A stretch of 64,000 bases of DNA from an uncultured Gemmatimonadales bacterium (GCA_963771275.1 CAVYSW010000003.1:1811864-1875863), one strand, 5' to 3'; positions 20,104 through 29,773 are shown, counted from the stretch's first letter. Numbers and translations are program-made. The notes: a model not told the origin generated them from the letters alone.

Positions 20104-20592
20104 CTATCCGCCAACGGCCATCGGCCACTGCCCCTCGTTCCCCCCGCAACCGCCTGATCTCCTCCAGCACCTCGATATCGGCCGCGTCCTGCAGCATCCG
20201 GTTCGTTTCGAGGCGATCAGGTGATCAATGGAAGCTGCGGGAATCTCCACCCCTTCCACCGTGAAGACCGTCGCATCTCGCCGGACCTCGGGGTAGTGCA
20301 CGCGCCAGGCCACGGTGAGGATGTCCACTCGGGGACTGTCCCCGATGATCGTCACCGGCTTGGCGACGATCTCTTGCGCCAGCCATTCGCGCGCGAGGCC
20401 GAACCCGACCTCCCCTAGGGCCGCGAGCACGCGCCGGGCATTCTCCTCCGTCTTCTCGATCAGGATGTCGATGTCGCGGGTCGCGCGAGCGTGGCCCCAG
20501 AGTTGGAGCGCCGCCGCGCCCACGAGCACGTAGTGCGCCTCGTGGCGATTGAGGCGGGAGCAGAGGTCTGCGAGCCGCGTCGCGTAGGTCAT
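20104..20592 (-). CDS. Minimal nucleotidyltransferase (frameshift near 20196, likely sequence error or pseudogene)
   Basis: Y.LVG..A...G..RAT.DIDIL; the expected C-terminal LQDAADIEVLEEI continues in another frame after LIASKRTG. Confidence 0.7.
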   Translation of the reverse strand: MTYATRLADLCSRLNRHEAHYVLVGAAALQLWGHARATRDIDILIEKTEENARRVLAALGEVGFGLAREWLAQEIVAKPVTIIGDSPRVDILTVAWRVHYPEVRRDATVFTVEGVEIPAASIDHLIASKRTGCCRTRPISRCWRRSGGCGGNEGQWPMAVGG

Positions 20593-20808
20593 CCGCCCGC
20601 CGCCTCTCGCCGCTTCCATGCGAGGTAGTCTTCGAAGCGATCGAACGTCAGGACACCGGTCCAGCGCGCGGGCGGCGTTGCCGCGGCCTGCGCCGTGTGT
20701 TCGGGGCGCCGTGGCAAGGCCGGGCCGGCCGCCATCCGGTTCCCCGCGGCTCGGCCCGCGGGGCCCCAACGCACGACGGCCCGCCGGAAGGCGGGCCGTG
20801 GTCACCAT
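20589..20808 (-). CDS. Small hypothetical protein preceding the nucleotidyltransferase (start uncertain, possibly frameshifted)
   Basis: ...WTGVLTFDRFEDYLAWKRRE; stop overlaps the next ATG (ATGA). Confidence 0.4.
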
Positions 20809-20823
20809 GGGGGCGGAGCCTCG

Positions 20824-21678
20824 TCACCGCACCCAGGTCACCTCGATGTTGCCCAACACCGCCTTGATATCGAGCGCGACCTTCACTGGCGCCGCGTCGT
20901 AGTCCGGGGTGAAGTAGGCGGAGCCGCGCTTCACGAATCCCGCGCGGTCGACGGCCGCGAGGAAGTGATCCACGTCGAGCCGCACGCCGAGACCCTTGGG
21001 GATGTGCAGCTGGATCTCGCCCAGGGCGACGCTCATGGTAACGTGCGTGTCCTGACCCGCCGGCCAATCGCCCGTGAAATCGAGCACCATCTGCCCCACG
21101 CCGCCCTCGAGACTGATCGCCCTGCACCGGCTGTTCCCGAGGTGCTCGACCTCGAACTGGGCCGCACCCACCTTGAAAGAGAGGTCGCTGCAGGCCACCC
21201 GGTTGGGCGTGCTGAACGCGACCGTCGTCTGGCTGGCGCCCGTCTCGATGTGGGCGCTGCGCAGCGACAGCCCGCCGAGCTCGAGCTCCGCCTGGGCGGC
21301 GCCGAACTTGAGCGCGAGATCCACCGGCGCGTCGGGGCTCACGGCCAGGTCAAGGCGCTGCTGGGAGGGATCGAAGTCCTTCCGGTTGACGTGTCCGCGA
21401 CCCGAGAGGTTGACGTCCAGGGCGTGCGCCTCCGCCCGATAGGCGATCGTCGGATCGAATCGGTCCTCGTCGTACGTCACGGAGACGCGGTAGAGCTGCT
21501 TCGCGTTTCCTGGGGCGAAGCGGAACTGCCCGGCGGCGTACACCACGTTCACCGCGAGCGGTGCGCTGCCCTCGAGCCGACGCGCCTCGGTCCTCGTCTG
21601 ATAGGACTGGGCCGCCAGTCCGGCCGGCCCGACCGCCAGCACCAGCAACGCGGCGGCCAGGCCGCGCGGGCGGGTCAC
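20824..21678 (-). CDS. Secreted beta-solenoid protein (LiaF/DUF2154 toast-rack-like)
   Basis: Signal peptide; repeated GA..../GVG.M.LD/LGEI.L.IP units; GTG overlaps upstream stop. Confidence 0.6.
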   Translation of the reverse strand: MTRPRGLAAALLVLAVGPAGLAAQSYQTRTEARRLEGSAPLAVNVVYAAGQFRFAPGNAKQLYRVSVTYDEDRFDPTIAYRAEAHALDVNLSGRGHVNRKDFDPSQQRLDLAVSPDAPVDLALKFGAAQAELELGGLSLRSAHIETGASQTTVAFSTPNRVACSDLSFKVGAAQFEVEHLGNSRCRAISLEGGVGQMVLDFTGDWPAGQDTHVTMSVALGEIQLHIPKGLGVRLDVDHFLAAVDRAGFVKRGSAYFTPDYDAAPVKVALDIKAVLGNIEVTWVR

Positions 21679-22928
21679 TGCTTCCTCCCCCCAAGCCACT
21701 CGGCTGTCGAGATCTCGGGGCCCGGCTGCTCGTACAGCGTGGCGGGCGGAAGCGCGGGCGGCACGAACCGCCGTCCGAAGGTGGTGCGAACCCCGCCGCG
21801 GGTGAGCAGCGCGGCGCCGAAGCCGGTGGTCGCGAAGGCCCATGTGGTCACCGCGGCGGTCCAGGTCATCACCGGCCCCGCGACCGGCACCCAGCCGAAC
21901 ACGGCGGCCGGGAGCCACACGGCGAGCACGATGCCCAGGCCGGTCGCCACCGACCGCAGAATGCCGAATCCCTCGGTCCCATGGTCGCCGTGCCGGCGCA
22001 GCATCCACGCGGAACCGGCGACCCGGGCCACCGCGAGATAGCCGCCGAGCGCGGCGGCGAGCAGGGCCGCCAGGAACGCCACGATCGCCACCGGGATCAC
22101 GAGCACTCCCACGACCGTCACCGCCAGGGCGACGAGCATGGCCGCAAACGCCGGGAGGATGAGCGGCTGGGCGAACAGCCCCACGAAGAACGAGCGCGCA
22201 AACGAGGTGTGCACGGCGTCCGCGATCACGTCGAGCTGCCGTCCGGCGAAGAAGCTGGTGCCGAAGGCGATGGCGCACAGCGCCACGAACGTGCCGAGCA
22301 ACCCGAACATGGCGTTGGCGGCGCCGGCGAATGGAGCCAGGGCACGAGTCTGCATGCCGGGCTCGGGCAGCTCGCGCAGGCGGATCCGCGGCTCCACGCG
22401 AATGCGCGAGACGGCGTCCCGGACCCGCTCGGCAACCACCAGCGCGCTGTCGCGGGCCGCGGCGATCGCCTCGTCGGCGCCGGCCAACGCCGGCGCCACG
22501 TCTGCAGGTGGTGCGGGCGGAACGGGCACGACCTCGGCCGCCTGCAGTCCGGCAAGGTGCCGGCCGATCACGCCAAGGGCCCGGGCGTCGTCGCCACCGA
22601 GACCGCGCACCTGCCACTGGTGGAGCAGCGCTACCGCCTGATCCGTCGTCAGGCTGGCCGTTCGGCCGAGCACCTCGCGCCACTGCCGATCCAGCGCGCC
22701 ACCCGGCTGATACCGGCCTGTCTGCACGCCGTCCACCAGCACGGCGCCGTTCCGAAGCGCGATCCGGAGTGAGCTGCCGTCGGCGAGATCGAAGCCGGCG
22801 GTCGCTTCCCGTGAAGACGTCGTGACCGAGTATCCCACGACGTGCTTGTCCTGGCCGGCCGCCACCCGGGGCGGCAGCCCAGCCGCGATCGCCAGGCCCA
22901 CGAGGGCCACAAGGTCACTGCGTCGCAT
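21675..22928 (-). CDS. Membrane protein (signal peptide plus several C-terminal TM helices) in ECF operon
   Basis: Hydrophobic segments LA.TVVG..VIP, GFGAALLTRGG. Confidence 0.7.
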   Translation of the reverse strand: MRRSDLVALVGLAIAAGLPPRVAAGQDKHVVGYSVTTSSREATAGFDLADGSSLRIALRNGAVLVDGVQTGRYQPGGALDRQWREVLGRTASLTTDQAVALLHQWQVRGLGGDDARALGVIGRHLAGLQAAEVVPVPPAPPADVAPALAGADEAIAAARDSALVVAERVRDAVSRIRVEPRIRLRELPEPGMQTRALAPFAGAANAMFGLLGTFVALCAIAFGTSFFAGRQLDVIADAVHTSFARSFFVGLFAQPLILPAFAAMLVALAVTVVGVLVIPVAIVAFLAALLAAALGGYLAVARVAGSAWMLRRHGDHGTEGFGILRSVATGLGIVLAVWLPAAVFGWVPVAGPVMTWTAAVTTWAFATTGFGAALLTRGGVRTTFGRRFVPPALPPATLYEQPGPEISTAEWLGGRKQ

Positions 22929-23442
22929 CGATTGTACCCTTCGACTTTGCGGGTTCCGCCATCAGCCACCACATGACGATGGCGCTCACCATCACCACGA
23001 TTGCGTAGGCGATTACCAGACCGCGTACCGGAAGGCCAGACGCCGCGAGCCACTCCCGTGCGGCGGCCAGGTCTTGCCCGGCCGGGAGCAGGACGGCGTC
23101 GGTCAGCCACCGCTGCCCGGCGTCGAGCACCTCGCGCAGCGACCAGCCTGTGCCACGGCTCACCACTCCACGGTAGCGGATGCCGGCGGCGATCACGGAT
23201 CCCCACGCGGCCGCCGTCACCACGGAGAACGTGGCGAGGATCGTCCAGCCTGTGACGCCGCTCACCAGTCCGCGGGCGCGATCCCGCAGCGCCTTGAGCC
23301 AGCGCGGCAGCGGGACCCGGACCCGACCGATGATGCGGTCCTCGAAATCCCGTCGCGGACTGAAACGCCCCAGCCCCCCCAGCCAACGGTCGACTGCGGG
23401 GTCTTCTTCGAGGGGCACGGGTACCTGTGGTTCGTTTCTCAT
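22915..23442 (-). CDS. Putative transmembrane anti-sigma factor
   Basis: Directly downstream of the ECF sigma gene; P.RDFEDRII.RV motif followed by TM helices. Confidence 0.55.
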   Translation of the reverse strand: MRNEPQVPVPLEEDPAVDRWLGGLGRFSPRRDFEDRIIGRVRVPLPRWLKALRDRARGLVSGVTGWTILATFSVVTAAAWGSVIAAGIRYRGVVSRGTGWSLREVLDAGQRWLTDAVLLPAGQDLAAAREWLAASGLPVRGLVIAYAIVVMVSAIVMWWLMAEPAKSKGTIDATQ

Positions 23443-23453
23443 ACCTGCCCACC

Positions 23454-23480
23454 TTACGGGGCCGATGCGATCAGGTTTCA
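23454..23480 (-). promoter_or_regulatory. ECF (SigW-type) promoter TGAAAC-N16-CGTAA
   Basis: Exact match to the B. subtilis sigmaW consensus, located between the sigma and anti-sigma genes. Confidence 0.7.
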
Positions 23481-23505
23481 GCGGGCGCGGGCCCCCGCGC
23501 CATGT

Positions 23506-24108
23506 TCAATCCCGCAACGGACCGAGTGCGGCGCGCAGCTCCGCACGCGCCCGGTGGATGTACGTCTTCACAGTTCCCAGCGGCAGACCGAGGATCTCGG
23601 CGATCTCTTCGTACGCCCGGCCTTCCACGTGGCGCAGCATGATGCAGGAGCGATACTCGGGGCGCAGGCGGGCGATCGCCCGCTCGATGTGCGAGCCGAG
23701 TTCCCGCGCTTCCAGCTCGTCGAGCGGCGACTCGGTCCGATCGCGCACCTGGAGTGCGGTGGCCTCCTGACGCGACGTCGTGAGGGCGTCGGGCGCGCCA
23801 TCCAGCGAGAGCGTGTCCAGCTCGCGCCGGCGCAGGTGATCGATGGCGGCGTTGTTCGCGATCTTGAAGATCCAGGACGAGAACTTGTGCTCGGGGCGAT
23901 ACGAGTCGATCGCGTTGAGCACCTTGATGAACGTCTCCTGCGCGAGGTCCTCGGCCAGCTCCCGGTCGCCGACCATGCGGTAGATGATCGAGAAGATCGG
24001 GCGCTGATAGCGGCGGATCAGCTCGCGGAACGCGGTCTCGTCGCCATCCTGCGCCCACGCGACGACCTGCTGGTCCGCCGCGAGCGAGAGGTTCCAGGGG
24101 GCCGTCAC
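23506..24108 (-). CDS. ECF sigma-70 factor (SigW/RpoE-like)
   Basis: GDETAF.ELI.RY, AEDLAQETF, FSSWIFKIA.N, YEEIAEIL..PLGTVKT.IHRAR. Confidence 0.93.
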   Translation of the reverse strand: MTAPWNLSLAADQQVVAWAQDGDETAFRELIRRYQRPIFSIIYRMVGDRELAEDLAQETFIKVLNAIDSYRPEHKFSSWIFKIANNAAIDHLRRRELDTLSLDGAPDALTTSRQEATALQVRDRTESPLDELEARELGSHIERAIARLRPEYRSCIMLRHVEGRAYEEIAEILGLPLGTVKTYIHRARAELRAALGPLRD

Positions 24109-24214
24109 GGGGCGCGGCCCTCACGGCCGCCGTCGCGCGCCGTTCGTCCGGGGCGCACGACGCGCCCGCGATCTGCTTGCGGCACGTTCAAACCGGCCGG
24201 TATCTTTGGCTCCT

Positions 24215-24943
24215 ATGCCGGAAGCGCCGCTGGGCACACGCCTCGTGGCCGGCGACGCGAAGCGGTCGTACGTGCGGGACATGTTCACGGCCATCGCGCC
24301 GCGCTACGACCTGCTGAACCATCTGCTCTCCCTCAACATCGACAGGGGATGGCGGCGCCGGGCGGTGCGCCGGCTTGCCTGGGAACGGCGGGCGGACGGC
24401 ACGTTCCTGGACGTGTGCGCCGGCACGCTCGACCTCGCGGCCGAGCTGGCACACCAGGCGTCGTTTCACGGTCGGGTGGTCGGCGCCGACTTCGTCGTGC
24501 CCATGCTCAAGCTGGGTCGCGACAAGGCCCGCGCGCTGCGTCCCGTCGGGGCGGACGCGCTGCGGCTGCCGTTCCCGGACGCCGCGTTCGACGGGGCGAC
24601 GGTCGGGTTCGGCGTGCGCAACCTCGCCGACCTCGACGCCGGCCTGCGGGAGCTGCGACGCGTCCTGCGGCCCGGCGGTCGCCTGGTCATTCTCGAGTTC
24701 ACGCTCCCACCTGCCTGGCCGGTTCGGGCGGTCTATCTCGCGTACTTCCGGCACCTGCTGCCGTTCGTCGGCCGACTCGTGTCCAAACATAGGGACGCCT
24801 ACACCTATCTGCCAGATTCCGTGCTGCGGTTCCCGACTCCGGAGGGGCTCGCCGAGCGGATGGGGCACGCGGGGTTCAGCGAGGTGGGCTTCGAGCGTCT
24901 CACGTTCGGCATCGCCGGACTGCATTGGGGAGCGGCCCGGTGA
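24215..24943 (+). CDS. ubiE: UbiE/MenG quinone biosynthesis methyltransferase
   Basis: MF..IAPRYDLLN..LS, LDVC.GT.D, GFGVRN, RVLRPGG, Y.YLPDSV. Confidence 0.9.
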   Translation: MPEAPLGTRLVAGDAKRSYVRDMFTAIAPRYDLLNHLLSLNIDRGWRRRAVRRLAWERRADGTFLDVCAGTLDLAAELAHQASFHGRVVGADFVVPMLKLGRDKARALRPVGADALRLPFPDAAFDGATVGFGVRNLADLDAGLRELRRVLRPGGRLVILEFTLPPAWPVRAVYLAYFRHLLPFVGRLVSKHRDAYTYLPDSVLRFPTPEGLAERMGHAGFSEVGFERLTFGIAGLHWGAAR

Positions 24944-25068
24944 AGCGGCCCAAGCCGCCGGTCAAGCCGCCGCGCCGGCCGGGGCGTCCGGGCAAGCGCG
25001 GGCCCCCGCCTCCGGGGCCGCCGCGCCATCCGGTGCGCTCCCCCACGCCCAACCGGCGGGGGCGCTGA
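24940..25068 (+). CDS. Candidate 42-aa Pro/Arg/Lys-rich small protein
   Basis: GTG overlaps the ubiE stop (GTGA) and its TGA overlaps the next ATG (TGATG). Confidence 0.5.
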   Translation: MKRPKPPVKPPRRPGRPGKRGPPPPGPPRHPVRSPTPNRRGR

Positions 25069-25547
25069 TGCGGATCGGCGTGATCGCGGACACGCACGGC
25101 CTGCTGCGCGACGCGGTGTTCGAGGTGTTCGCCGAGGTCGATCACATTCTCCACGCGGGCGACGTGGGACCGGCCGATCTGCTCACCGAGCTCGCAGCCC
25201 TGGCGCCGGTCACGGCGGTTTTCGGCAACACGGACGGACCGGCGATCCGCCGGCGGTGCTCCCAGGTGGCCCGGCTCGAGCTCGACGGTCTGTCCGTGGC
25301 CGTGACGCACGGCGACCAGTTCGGCTCGCCGACCCCCGCCATGCTGCACCGGGCCTTCCCCGACGCCGACGTGATCATCTATGGCCACACGCATCGCCCG
25401 CTGCTCGAGCTGGTGGATCGTACCGTGACCGTGATGAACCCGGGTGCCGCCGGCCCGCGGCGATTCGACGTCATTCCCTCCGTCGGCATCATGGAAACCG
25501 AGGCGGGCCTCCCGCCCCGCGCCCGACTGGTCCCACTCGACGAGTGA
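25068..25547 (+). CDS. YfcE/MJ0936-type metallophosphoesterase
   Basis: DTHG, HAGD, GNTD, THG, GHTH, NPG. Confidence 0.9.
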   Translation: MRIGVIADTHGLLRDAVFEVFAEVDHILHAGDVGPADLLTELAALAPVTAVFGNTDGPAIRRRCSQVARLELDGLSVAVTHGDQFGSPTPAMLHRAFPDADVIIYGHTHRPLLELVDRTVTVMNPGAAGPRRFDVIPSVGIMETEAGLPPRARLVPLDE

Positions 25548-25554
25548 TCTGCCC

Positions 25555-28500
25555 ATGCTGGCACAGGCTGCGGTCGTCTTCGTCCTCTTTGCCGAGCCCG
25601 GCTTCCCCGTGGTGGATGCGCCTCTGCCGCTCCCCGACTTCCCCGGGGCGGCGACCGTCCAGTCGGTAGCCGGCCTCGACAGCGCGCTCGCCGTTCCGGG
25701 AACCGTGCTGGTGTGGCGTCATGGATCCGCCTTCCCGGCCGACGCGTGGCCCGCGCTCGAGCGGTTCCTGCGGCGCGGCGGCAACCTGCTCTACGTCGGC
25801 GGCGAGCCCTTCACCCGGCCGGTCGCGGGAGTGCCCGGCGCCCGCATCGTGCAGCCGCGCACGATCGCGTACCTGCGGGCGTTGCGCCTGAACCAGTCGT
25901 ACCGCATCGCGGTCGGAGGAGCGGCGCTCGCGTTTCGGGCGCCGCACGACGGCGTGCCCGAGCAGCTCCTGCCGGCCGATGCGTCAGCCTGGGAGCTCGA
26001 GCCGCGCCTCGCCGAGACGGTGACCTTCCCGGGGGAGGACGGCTCCCCCGGGGCGCGGGACGCGGTGGTGCGGCCGCTTGCCATGGTGCACCGCCCCGGG
26101 GCCGACCGCCGGTTCCCGGCGGCCGCGGGTATCTGGGCGCTCGACTGGCTGCGGGGGGGATTCAGGGGGGGCCGCTGGGTGCTTCGCCTCACCGACGCGC
26201 CGCTCGGCGCTGCGGAGCGCACCGTGCTGCTCGAGGAATCCGCGCGGCCGCCGGTCGATTTCCGGGTGGACCCCACGTTCGGGACGTTCCACGATGGCGA
26301 GACGCCGTCGGTGACGGTGCGGCTCACACGCCCCGATGCCGCCGCGGCCACGCGCTACGAGCTTGCCCTCGAGCTGCGGGCTCCCGATGGGACGGTTCGC
26401 GCCGCGCCGGCTGCAACGCTGGTGGCGGCAGACGCCGGGACGGTGCGTGTCTTCCTGCCCGGGGCCAACCGGCCCGGCTTGTACCGCGTGCGCGTGCGGG
26501 CGCGCGGGCTGCCCGACGCCACGACGGGCTTCTGGGTATTCGATCCCCAGCTGTTCGGGTCGGGCGACAGCCTCGCGTTCGACGGCTACACGCTGCGGCG
26601 GAACGGCGTCCCCGAGCCGGTCGTCGGCACGACCCTGATGTCGGCGACCGTCCACCGGAACTTCCTGTTCGAGCCCGACGCCGCGGTGTGGGACGACGAG
26701 TTCGCCGACCTCGCGAGCCTGGGCGTCAACCTCGTGCGCACCGGCGTGTGGGCCGGCTACAAGAGGATCTCCCCCGAGCCCCATGTGGTGGACGAGGCGT
26801 TCCTCCGCGCGCTGGAGGCGTACTACCTCACGGCCCGCAAGCACGGCATCCCCGTGCTGTTCACGTTCTTCGCGTTCGTCCCCGAGGCGTTCGGCGGCGT
26901 GAACCCCTACTTCGATCCGCGGGCGCTCGACGGGGAGAGCGCCTACGTCGGCGCGGTGGCCGCGAGGTTCGCGGGCGCCCGCGAGATGCTGTGGGACCTG
27001 ATCAACGAGCCCTCCTTCTCCTCGCCCGCGAAGCTGTGGCTCGCCCGGCCCAACGGCGACGCCTTCGAGCGAGCGGCGTTTCTCGCCTGGCTGCGGCAGA
27101 CGTACCAACCGGCGGGCCGGACCGGTGACGGCGCGGACACGTCCTGGGCGGAGAGCGTGCGCGCCCGCTGGCGGCTCCTGCCGGATGAGCCGATCGGCCT
27201 CCCGGCCGACCAGGATTTCGAGGATCGCAACTTGTTCGGATCGGCGCGGCCGTACCGCGCGCGCGACTACGTGCGCTTCTCCCAGGACGCGTTCGCCGCC
27301 TGGGTGGGGACGCTGCGGCAGGCGATCCGCGGGGCGGGCTCGCTCGGCGCCATCAACGTGGGACAGGACGAGGGCGGGATCCAGGATCGTCCCAACCCGT
27401 TGTTCCATCACCGCGCCGTGGACTTCACGGCGATGCACACCTGGTGGTCCAACGACGCGCTGCTGTGGGACGGGGTCATGGCGAAGGGTCGGGGCACCCC
27501 GCTGCTGGTGAGCGAGACCGGCATGATGCAGCGCGAGCTGCTCTCCGGCACGGCGCTCCGCGACCCCGACATGTTCGCGCGCCTGCTGGCCCGCAAGATC
27601 GCCTACGCGTTCGCCGCGGGCGCGTTCGGGGCGGTGCAGTGGATCTGGGACGTCAACCCGTACATGAACATCGACAACGAAGCGGCAATCGGCATCCGGC
27701 GGGTGGACGGGAGTTACAAGGGCGAGCTCGACGTGCTCCGCGCGTTCGCCGGGTTCGTGGCCCGGAATCGTGCCCGGTTCGAGTCGCCGCCCGAGCCCGA
27801 CGTGGTGCTGCTTGTTCCGTCCGCCGAGATGTTCGGCCCACGCGCCACGCAGGTGCGCGCCACGCGCCGCGCGGTGGACCTGCTGTACGGCGACCTCGGC
27901 GTCGCGGCACAGGTCGTCTCGGAATACCGGGTGCGGCAGGACCTGGGGACCCCGCGGCTCATCATCCTGCCCGCGGCGCGCGGCCTGTCCGACGAGGCCT
28001 GGCAGGCCGTGCATGCCGCGGTGGAGCGCGGCGCCGTGCTCCAGGCGTCGGGGTTCTTCGAGGCGGACGACGCCGGGCTGCCGGCCGAGCGCCTCGGCGC
28101 CACGCCGCGGCCACTCGCCCTGGTCGAGGCGCTGGACCTGCCCGGTGACACGGCGCCGGCTACCCTGCGGTTCGAGCTCAACGACACCCAGTCGTGGTAT
28201 GCGGCCGCCGGGTCAGCGCCGACCCGGCGGACGGTCGGGCGGGGCACGGTGATCCACTACCCGGTGCCGCTGGAATGGGCGCTGGCCGATGACGCCCAGC
28301 GGCGGGTGTACGCGGCCAGCCTCGCGCAGGCGCGCGTCGCGCCGCCCCGCGTGCGGGCCGTCACGCCGCTCGCCGGCGTGCTGGTGCGGGCGATCGACTT
28401 TCGGGACGCCACGCTCGTGGTCCTCGTCAACGAGCGCTCGAGCGACGCGGTCGTGACCCTTCAGACCAGCAGCGCCCCACTCGGCGTGCGCGTGCCCGCC

Positions 28501-28584
28501 GGCGATGCGCGGATGCTGCTCGTAGACTTGGGGGGGCGGGTGCTCGACGGCACCGCTCCGCTGGAGCGACGCGGCGGCTCGTAG
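25555..28584 (+). CDS. Large clan GH-A glycoside hydrolase (GH5/GH42-like TIM barrel with accessory domains)
   Basis: G.NLVRTG.W, WDLINEP acid/base motif, LVSETG putative nucleophile, GH42-like C-terminal region. Confidence 0.75.
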   Translation: MLAQAAVVFVLFAEPGFPVVDAPLPLPDFPGAATVQSVAGLDSALAVPGTVLVWRHGSAFPADAWPALERFLRRGGNLLYVGGEPFTRPVAGVPGARIVQPRTIAYLRALRLNQSYRIAVGGAALAFRAPHDGVPEQLLPADASAWELEPRLAETVTFPGEDGSPGARDAVVRPLAMVHRPGADRRFPAAAGIWALDWLRGGFRGGRWVLRLTDAPLGAAERTVLLEESARPPVDFRVDPTFGTFHDGETPSVTVRLTRPDAAAATRYELALELRAPDGTVRAAPAATLVAADAGTVRVFLPGANRPGLYRVRVRARGLPDATTGFWVFDPQLFGSGDSLAFDGYTLRRNGVPEPVVGTTLMSATVHRNFLFEPDAAVWDDEFADLASLGVNLVRTGVWAGYKRISPEPHVVDEAFLRALEAYYLTARKHGIPVLFTFFAFVPEAFGGVNPYFDPRALDGESAYVGAVAARFAGAREMLWDLINEPSFSSPAKLWLARPNGDAFERAAFLAWLRQTYQPAGRTGDGADTSWAESVRARWRLLPDEPIGLPADQDFEDRNLFGSARPYRARDYVRFSQDAFAAWVGTLRQAIRGAGSLGAINVGQDEGGIQDRPNPLFHHRAVDFTAMHTWWSNDALLWDGVMAKGRGTPLLVSETGMMQRELLSGTALRDPDMFARLLARKIAYAFAAGAFGAVQWIWDVNPYMNIDNEAAIGIRRVDGSYKGELDVLRAFAGFVARNRARFESPPEPDVVLLVPSAEMFGPRATQVRATRRAVDLLYGDLGVAAQVVSEYRVRQDLGTPRLIILPAARGLSDEAWQAVHAAVERGAVLQASGFFEADDAGLPAERLGATPRPLALVEALDLPGDTAPATLRFELNDTQSWYAAAGSAPTRRTVGRGTVIHYPVPLEWALADDAQRRVYAASLAQARVAPPRVRAVTPLAGVLVRAIDFRDATLVVLVNERSSDAVVTLQTSSAPLGVRVPAGDARMLLVDLGGRVLDGTAPLERRGGS

Positions 28585-28598
28585 GGCCGGCCGGGGCC

Positions 28599-28877
28599 TT
28601 GGCCTGGAAGCGGGAGAACGGGCTGTCCACCAGCGACCCGCCCCTCGGTTTCCGGCCGAACGGGAAGCGCCACCACATGATCCCGGTCCCGGAGGAACTC
28701 GCCATCGTCCGGCGGATCCTCGACCTCTCACGGGCGGGCGAGCGCAGCCATGCGATCGCGGCGAAACTCAACCAGGCAGGGGTGCCGTCGAAGCACAGCG
28801 CCCGCTGGCATCACACCACAGTCGGGAAGGTCATAGGGCGGCGGGCCTGGTACGCGGCCCGTCTGAGCGCTTCCTAG
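28599..28877 (+). pseudogene. C-terminal remnant of a serine recombinase (recombinase DNA-binding domain)
   Basis: PPLGF....PEE..IV.RI......S..IA..LN..GVP.K....W....V..I; no catalytic N-terminus. Confidence 0.6.
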
Positions 28878-28885
28878 GAACTCGC

Positions 28886-28911
28886 TGGACACGTCCGGAC
28901 GGACGTGTCCA
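28886..28911. repeat. Perfect 11-bp inverted repeat
   Basis: TGGACACGTCC-GGAC-GGACGTGTCCA. Confidence 0.7.
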
Positions 28912-29047
28912 CAGGGCCCTCTGTCGCTGCCGCTGCTTTTCTTCTTAGCCGCTGAGCCCCATCAGGTTTCGATCGTAATATGCACGTCGAAGCCCCGACG
29001 TGCATTTTCGAGGGGATGTCAGAGTCACGACAGCACCGCGACCGCCG

Positions 29048-29347
29048 TCAGGCCACGCGCGTGCCGCGCGCGGTAGCGAAGTGCACCTTCACGCCGGCCC
29101 GCGCGAGCATCTCGACGAGCGCGTCGATGCTGAAGCGGTGGAACCGTCCGCGAACAAGGTCGCTCACGCGCGGCTGGCTCACGCGCAGCAGCTTCGCCGC
29201 TTGTGCCTGAGTGAGCCGGCGGCGCCGGATCAGCCGATCCAGCGCCAACATGAGTTCCGCCCGGACGCGCAGATGCTCGGCCTCCGCAGCGGAGTAGCCC
29301 AGGTCACGGAACACGTTCCCGGAACTCCGGGTGAACTTGACGGCCAT
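29048..29347 (-). CDS. XRE-family HTH antitoxin (HigA-like)
   Basis: SSGNVF.DLG, LTQ.QAA..L.VSQPRVSDL.RG. Confidence 0.88.
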   Translation of the reverse strand: MAVKFTRSSGNVFRDLGYSAAEAEHLRVRAELMLALDRLIRRRRLTQAQAAKLLRVSQPRVSDLVRGRFHRFSIDALVEMLARAGVKVHFATARGTRVA

Positions 29348-29355
29348 GGTGCCTC

Positions 29356-29691
29356 CTAGCTCTGCTTGCGCTGCCGCAGCAGGTCCGTGAGCCGTGCCCG
29401 CGCCAGCTCGATATCCAGCTTGCGCGTGCGCTGAGTCTTCTTCGCAAACGCGTGCAGCACGTAGACCGCCTCTGGCAGGGTCGCGAGGTAGAGGACCCGA
29501 TGCTCACCATCCGCGTGGACCCGGATCTCACGGACTCCGGCCCCGACTTCGCCGAAGGGTCTCCAGTCGCTCGGCTCGTCCCCGAGCTGCACCCGGTACA
29601 GCTCATACCCCGCATCGTGGCGGGCATTCGGCGCGAACGCCCGGACGGCTCTCTGCGAGTTCTCAAGCCAGGGGAGCGGCTGCAGCGCCAT
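29356..29691 (-). CDS. RelE/HigB-like toxin (Gp49 type)
   Basis: AG..L..VQ.G.EP.DW.P...VG.GVREIR, VYVLHAF.KKT. Confidence 0.88.
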   Translation of the reverse strand: MALQPLPWLENSQRAVRAFAPNARHDAGYELYRVQLGDEPSDWRPFGEVGAGVREIRVHADGEHRVLYLATLPEAVYVLHAFAKKTQRTRKLDIELARARLTDLLRQRKQS

Positions 29692-29696
29692 GGAGC

Positions 29697-29715
29697 AATA
29701 TATCCGATTGGATAT
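29697..29715 (-). promoter_or_regulatory. TA promoter -10 box with overlapping palindromic operator
   Basis: TATATT 5 nt before the toxin ATG; palindrome ATATCC-GATT-GGATAT (29700-29715). Confidence 0.6.
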
Positions 29716-29773
29716 GGGCGCGCCAGGTTGCCCGGCGGGGCCCGCGGCCCAGTTAGCATAACCCTCGGTGATG

